Shown piece by piece: positions 6,235-10,069 of a stretch of 10,069 nt of DNA (positions within the stretch are counted from its first letter, which is position 1; every line of letters begins with the position of its first letter). The translations under genes and the position numbers were made by a program. Source of the DNA: Candidatus Wukongarchaeum yapensis (GTDB taxonomy: Archaea > Asgardarchaeota > Wukongarchaeia > Wukongarchaeales > Wukongarchaeaceae). Under the pieces are notes generated by a model. The model searched no databases. It was not told the origin of the DNA and saw nothing but the letters and a program-made list of their open reading frames with translations. The stretch lies in assembly GCA_016840425.1 (NCBI GenBank), contig JAEOSI010000064.1:1-10069 (forward strand). The letters are read 5' to 3'.

Positions 6235-7728
6235 TTAGTTTTTTATTACGCTTTTTATAGGATTTATTATACACGTTTCTTCTTTTATATTTGTTGGGTT
6301 TTCTTTTTTCATACACCAAATATGAACCCGCGTGTTTTCATGATTGTAACAGCATGTTTCCCCTATTTCTATCACGTTTTTACAGATATCACAAAAATGT
6401 CTATTTTTAGCCCTAATTGGACGGCATAACTGTTTTTTAAGGTAAAATATGCGTTGGTATAGGGTTTTCTTTTCTAATTTTATTAAGGTTGAAATTGTAT
6501 CGTATCTGATACCTGCTTCTTTTAGAGTTAGAGCAAGTATTGTTAAAACTTTTTTATGCACGTCTCTTACCTGTTTTTTTCCTTCTATTTTCTCTATTAA
6601 TTCATATATTGTGTAGAGGCCCTTGTTTACGAGATCGGTTTTTTTCAAAAGAATTCCTGTTCTCCACGCCTCTTTAATGAGGGATTTTTTCAACTTTTGC
6701 TTTAATTTTTCTTTTCCCTCTTGATTATAGTCCTTTTCCCGTTTTTTCAACGTTTTCTTTTTTGAAAGTAGTTCCTGTTCCACACCGATCTTGCTTAACG
6801 ATTTTTGAAGCCTTTTAACGCTTTTTTTCAAAGCTATAGCTTGAGCAGGCGTGGAAACAAACCGTTTAATGTATACACGTTTTTCCTTAGTAATTTTTGT
6901 CGCAAGGGCAAACAAGCCCCTAACCTTTCCCTCTACACTTCCGTTCCTGCAAATAAACCCGAGCTTTCCATAATTTTTTAAGAATATCTCTTTCAGTTTT
7001 TCCGCAACAATCAAAGTATCTCCTTTTACATCATACTTGCGTTTAAATCCGTTGAAAACCGCGTTAAACCGTTTACATGTAGCGTAAAATTTCATTTCTC
7101 TGGAAATATGCGGGATTTTACGCATATGCTTCATCACTACTTTGTAACTAAGGAGGCATCCGAAATATTCTGAAAGCTCTGTCCACCATTTTTCATCATG
7201 AACTCTTAAACTTCTTTTTATCCGCGACAAGTTTTCTTCTATTTTCGCAAGAAATATTTCAACAGTTTGTGGATGTTTATGCCTTACAAGGTTTTCCCCA
7301 TTTCTTTCGCTTTGCAAACACTCATAGAGAGACCGCTCTACAATGCCTTTTGGAAAAAACATCGTCATTTTCCGAGCGATCTTTATGAAAGATTTGTTTA
7401 GTTGTGAAGGTGTTGTTTCTGATCTTATTTGGTCATCTTTCGAAATCAGGTTGTGTAAACGACCTAGTTTTTTAAATTTTGCTTCTTTTTGAACATTTTT
7501 TCCTTTCCACGGGCTAAACTTGCTTATCATACTGCCCGAAAATTCTATATTTTTAAAGGCAAGGCATTGAGTTTCTAAATCTTTAAGTTTAAGGTTTACT
7601 TGGGGGTTTATCCTAAGTGTCTTGTATACTCCTTTCCAATATCCCGTTTTTCTTTGATTTAGTCTTTGTTGTAAAACGATTGTACTCCTTCTTCTTTGCT
7701 TATTTTGTGATACTTGTACGGAGTACAT
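6235..7728 (-). CDS. Highly basic, divergent TFB/TFIIB-like cyclin-repeat protein with a C-terminal treble-clef-type Zn finger
   Basis: The ORF itself is secure (497 aa; AAGGAG SD at 7739-7744). The family call comes from manual alignment to the archaeal TFB core: GFICRNGSVEGKVRGLFALATKITKEKR...ALKKSVKRLQKSL vs GLIRGRSIESVMAACVYAACRLLKVPR...EIGRSYRFIARNL, and ISTLIKLEKKTLYQRIFYLKKQL vs VAEVARVTEVTVRNRYKELVEKL. C446-x2-C449-x19-H469-x2-C472 sits at the C-terminus. Confidence 0.55.
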   Translation of the reverse strand: MYSVQVSQNKQRRRSTIVLQQRLNQRKTGYWKGVYKTLRINPQVNLKLKDLETQCLAFKNIEFSGSMISKFSPWKGKNVQKEAKFKKLGRLHNLISKDDQIRSETTPSQLNKSFIKIARKMTMFFPKGIVERSLYECLQSERNGENLVRHKHPQTVEIFLAKIEENLSRIKRSLRVHDEKWWTELSEYFGCLLSYKVVMKHMRKIPHISREMKFYATCKRFNAVFNGFKRKYDVKGDTLIVAEKLKEIFLKNYGKLGFICRNGSVEGKVRGLFALATKITKEKRVYIKRFVSTPAQAIALKKSVKRLQKSLSKIGVEQELLSKKKTLKKREKDYNQEGKEKLKQKLKKSLIKEAWRTGILLKKTDLVNKGLYTIYELIEKIEGKKQVRDVHKKVLTILALTLKEAGIRYDTISTLIKLEKKTLYQRIFYLKKQLCRPIRAKNRHFCDICKNVIEIGETCCYNHENTRVHIWCMKKENPTNIKEETCIINPIKSVIKN

Positions 7729-8099
7729 TTTTCATAATCTCCTTAATTTGGGTAAAATATGGCTTTATACCTCTTTTAATTGCAAGAGCAAAACGGGATG
7801 TATATATACGTTCCCTCCTTTTTAAAAGAACGCTTTTTAAAAGATATTTCTAAAATTTTAGCCTTAAAAACCAATATTTTTCATTTATAAGGTTTATTTA
7901 GTCCTAAATTAGTCTTTAAAGGCGTTAAAAATATTATCTTATCCTTTAAAACCTTTAAATATTTAAACAACTATTTTTTTTGTGAAAAATGTTCACCTTT
8001 TACTATTTTCTTTTGTCATGTTTATTCTCCTTCCCCGATGAAAACTTTGCAAACATTTTTCTTATCCCCTTAAAAATAGCGATAAAAAGGTAGCTTAAA
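7729..8099. promoter_or_regulatory. 371-bp AT-rich divergent promoter region with several palindromes and direct repeats
   Basis: CTTTTTAAAAGA x2 (7818-7829, 7833-7844), ATTTAG-TC-CTAAAT (7896-7909), TTTAAATATTTAAA (7954-7967) and GTGAA-N5-TTCAC (7982-7996). Confidence 0.55.
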
Positions 8100-9341
8100 A
8101 TGGCTAAAATGCCTTTTGAGAGAAAAAAGAAACGTATGCCAAAGAGAATAAAGGAAGAGATCCTCAAAATATACCTTAAAAATCCAAGGATCTCAGGGAA
8201 GGAAGTTATGAAAAAACTAAGGGAAAAAATGACAAAAATCCGAGCTTCCAAAACAACATTTAGCATGCGTGCAGTAAGATATTTCTTAAAGAAAGTAAGA
8301 GCGGTTTATCCTCCCTATATCACCACGCCTTACCGAAAAGTTTTACTCATGTTTTCTCGCGGGTTTAACCGTAGAGACCTCCTTTCAAAGGCTGAAAACT
8401 TCCTCATAGAAGAGATTTTCGGAAACTTCTTTAACCTTAATCTAAAATCACCTGCTCTTTATGAACTAAAGTCGCAATTTTTCCTACACTCATCTTTTCC
8501 AGGCACACGAATTCTCTCGGTCTTTTTAATTCCGCACTTTATTCATGTAAACCCTGAACCCCTCCTTGCCCAGATATACTCCTGGAATCTAGTAGACGGA
8601 GGAACCGTCCTCGAAATTGAAGAAGAGAACATAACCGTATCACAAGAATTTTACGACATCACAAAACCCAAAATAAAAGGCGAAAAAGAAACATCTGAAG
8701 CGGAGATATTATTATCCCTTTTTCTTACCCACTTCCGCACAAACTTCCTAAAACAGTTTCTATCCTATGAAAAAGTAGAAGAAGAGAATGAAACAAAAAA
8801 ACAACAAAAATACCCCTCTCAAAACAGCTTTTCCCCCCCTGATTCCCCTCATCTTCCCAAAGTACCAGCTTCTCCCATAACAATACCGGTAGAGGATGGA
8901 ACATTCCCAGAAAACCTTTCCCAAGAAGAAAGAGAAGCGATATTATCCTTCCTTATCCATAAAGATCCCCAACAAATCGAGTTATCCTCCTTAAAGGATC
9001 TTTTAGAACGAAAAGCACTTGCAATCATTCCGAAAATAAAAACCAGTAAAATATCCCCCCAAATGAACGCTCTGATATTTGCTACAAGTTGGGAAGAAAA
9101 CCTTGTTAAGGACTTAGTGCTGAGGCAACCCTACTCCCATAACTTCAAAGCCCACGTCACTAGATCCTTTGGAGATGTTAACTTGAAACCTTCTAAAAAG
9201 CTTTTTTTCTCCATATCAAAAGTTTTCTCCACCCACCTAACCCTCCTCCTGAAAATTATCTCCACAGAAATACCCCAAACATTCCTAATCAGAGTAATCG
9301 TAGAGAAAAAAGAAGATCTGTTTGAGAACACCTACGGGTAA
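8100..9341 (+). CDS. Putative DNA-binding protein: N-terminal HTH, beta/alpha domain, Pro/Ser-rich linker and a degenerate second HTH/Lrp-like module
   Basis: Basic N-terminal HTH-like segment MPKRIKEEILKIYLKNPRISGKEVMKKLREK...FSMRAVRYFLKKV. Linker SFSPPDSPHLPKVPASP. Second module LSQEEREAILSFL...LLERKALAIIPKIKTSKISPQMNALIF...LVLRQPYSHNF. Confidence 0.55.
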   Translation: MAKMPFERKKKRMPKRIKEEILKIYLKNPRISGKEVMKKLREKMTKIRASKTTFSMRAVRYFLKKVRAVYPPYITTPYRKVLLMFSRGFNRRDLLSKAENFLIEEIFGNFFNLNLKSPALYELKSQFFLHSSFPGTRILSVFLIPHFIHVNPEPLLAQIYSWNLVDGGTVLEIEEENITVSQEFYDITKPKIKGEKETSEAEILLSLFLTHFRTNFLKQFLSYEKVEEENETKKQQKYPSQNSFSPPDSPHLPKVPASPITIPVEDGTFPENLSQEEREAILSFLIHKDPQQIELSSLKDLLERKALAIIPKIKTSKISPQMNALIFATSWEENLVKDLVLRQPYSHNFKAHVTRSFGDVNLKPSKKLFFSISKVFSTHLTLLLKIISTEIPQTFLIRVIVEKKEDLFENTYG

Positions 9342-9375
9342 AGGGGAAATCGTAGCTACGATTATAGCTCTAAAT

Positions 9376-9687
9376 TCAGAGATTTCTCGACCACAATTGA
9401 CGCAAAATAACTAAATTGTTCTCTCTGAAACAATTTGGACAGAAATTTACATCCCTAGACAATTTGAAACCACAATTAGTACAATATATCATCCTTTTTG
9501 CCCCTATTCTACTTTTTTCAAGAAACTTCCCAATTAAAACAAGAATCGGACCAAAAATTAAAACTCCGTAGAAAATCAAGAAGGGACTAATAAACAGAAC
9601 TAAATAAAAAATCATTAAAATAACTATAAACAAAAATGCAGACAGAGTCATTAACCTGGACATTTTTTTTATTAGTTCCTCAGACAT
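9376..9687 (-). CDS. Small membrane protein (2 TM) with C-terminal double-CxxC zinc ribbon
   Basis: Hydrophobic aa ~12-56, then CTNCGFKLSRDVNFCPNC. GGGGAG SD lies 5 nt upstream. Confidence 0.85.
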   Translation of the reverse strand: MSEELIKKMSRLMTLSAFLFIVILMIFYLVLFISPFLIFYGVLIFGPILVLIGKFLEKSRIGAKRMIYCTNCGFKLSRDVNFCPNCFRENNLVILRQLWSRNL

Positions 9688-9747
9688 TACTACTCCCCTA
9701 AAAGGATCAGATTTTGAATCTTAAAAATCTTCTTCTTAGCATCTATA

Positions 9748-9800
9748 AAAATCAAGAAAGAGCTAATAAATACTACTAAAAATAACATCAGTTAAAATAA
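9748..9800 (-). pseudogene. Decayed partial duplicate of the TM1-coding part of the 9376-9687 gene
   Basis: Manual alignment of 9748-9800 with 9572-9623 gives 43/53 identical positions with one 1-nt gap. Conceptual translation MLFLVVFISSFLIF vs IFYLVLFISPFLIF. Confidence 0.7.
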
Positions 9801-10069
9801 TTATGAAATAAACCGCAGTTGTAATTGATTCAATTTAATGACATCATAATTTTTTAAACAATCTGAACAAAGCTTTTTATTGATGCTTAATTTTTGACCA
9901 CAAAGAATGCAAATTCCTACTTTTTTTTCCGTTTTTTGCCTAGATTCAAGAAAGTCTCCGCATAAAGCCATGATTAGGCCTGAAATTAGTAATAAAATTA
10001 ACAGCATTATAGGGCCAAAAATTAGTGTTAAATATAAAATCAAAAAAATAATTGAACATAAAATCACTA
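9801..10069 (-). CDS. Paralogous 2-TM/zinc-ribbon membrane protein, probably 5'-truncated by the window edge
   Basis: LILYLTLIFGP...GDFLE...CILCGQKLSINKKLCSDC aligns with MIFYLVLFISP...GKFLE...CTNCGFKLSRDVNFCPNC. The GTG at 10067 is probably internal. Confidence 0.85.
   Translation of the reverse strand, partial: VILCSIIFLILYLTLIFGPIMLLILLLISGLIMALCGDFLESRQKTEKKVGICILCGQKLSINKKLCSDCLKNYDVIKLNQLQLRFIS

Noticed and set aside
6235-7728. TnpB/Cas12-like or transposase identity for the basic 497-aa protein with a C-terminal Zn finger
   Set aside because: No RuvC-I/II/III or DDE acidic motifs seen, the finger is CxxC...HxxC rather than the TnpB CxxC...CxxC, and there are no element ends or CRISPR array.
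7617-8266. ORFs 7617-7853 (+) and 8003-8266 (-)
   Set aside because: Each overlaps a longer gene on the opposite strand and has the Phe/Leu/Ile bias typical of antisense AT-rich DNA.
8100-8300. IS3/IS630-type transposase suggested by the N-terminal HTH
   Set aside because: No downstream DDE/RNase H domain and no terminal inverted repeats visible.
9131-9331. Minus-strand ORF of 66 aa
   Set aside because: Antisense to the 413-aa gene.
9351-9360. Perfect 10-bp palindrome CGTAGCTACG between convergent genes
   Set aside because: No loop and no adjacent T-tract, so not a convincing terminator. About one such palindrome can arise by chance in 10 kb.
1-10069. CRISPR array, tRNA or rRNA genes
   Set aside because: No regularly spaced 24-47-bp repeats and no cloverleaf or rRNA-like GC-rich segments seen in any intergenic region.

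Overview
AT-rich archaeal window. A Rab-like GTPase fragment, a long-form Trm112 and large tandem-Lrp-like proteins point to an Asgard-like host (inference). Left half (1-4335): a 5'-truncated hypothetical gene, a small Cys-rich ORF, a DUF72 protein, an MFS transporter, Trm112, and a decayed TMEM175-family K+ channel. The channel has a frameshift, an in-frame stop and substitutions in its signature residues, and it runs via a -1 offset into the G4-G5 end of a Rab-like small GTPase. Right half (4383-10069): three large putative DNA-binding proteins around a 371-bp divergent, palindrome-rich spacer. By manual alignment the central one (6235-7728) is a highly divergent TFB/TFIIB relative with three cyclin-like repeats, no N-terminal Zn-ribbon cysteines and a C-terminal CxxC-x19-HxxC finger. 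It is flanked by two proteins with duplicated HTH + Lrp/AsnC-like modules. The window ends in a tandem array of small 2-TM/zinc-ribbon paralogs with a decayed third copy between them. No rRNA, tRNA, CRISPR array or recognisable transposase/integrase was seen. All homology calls are by eye, with no database search.
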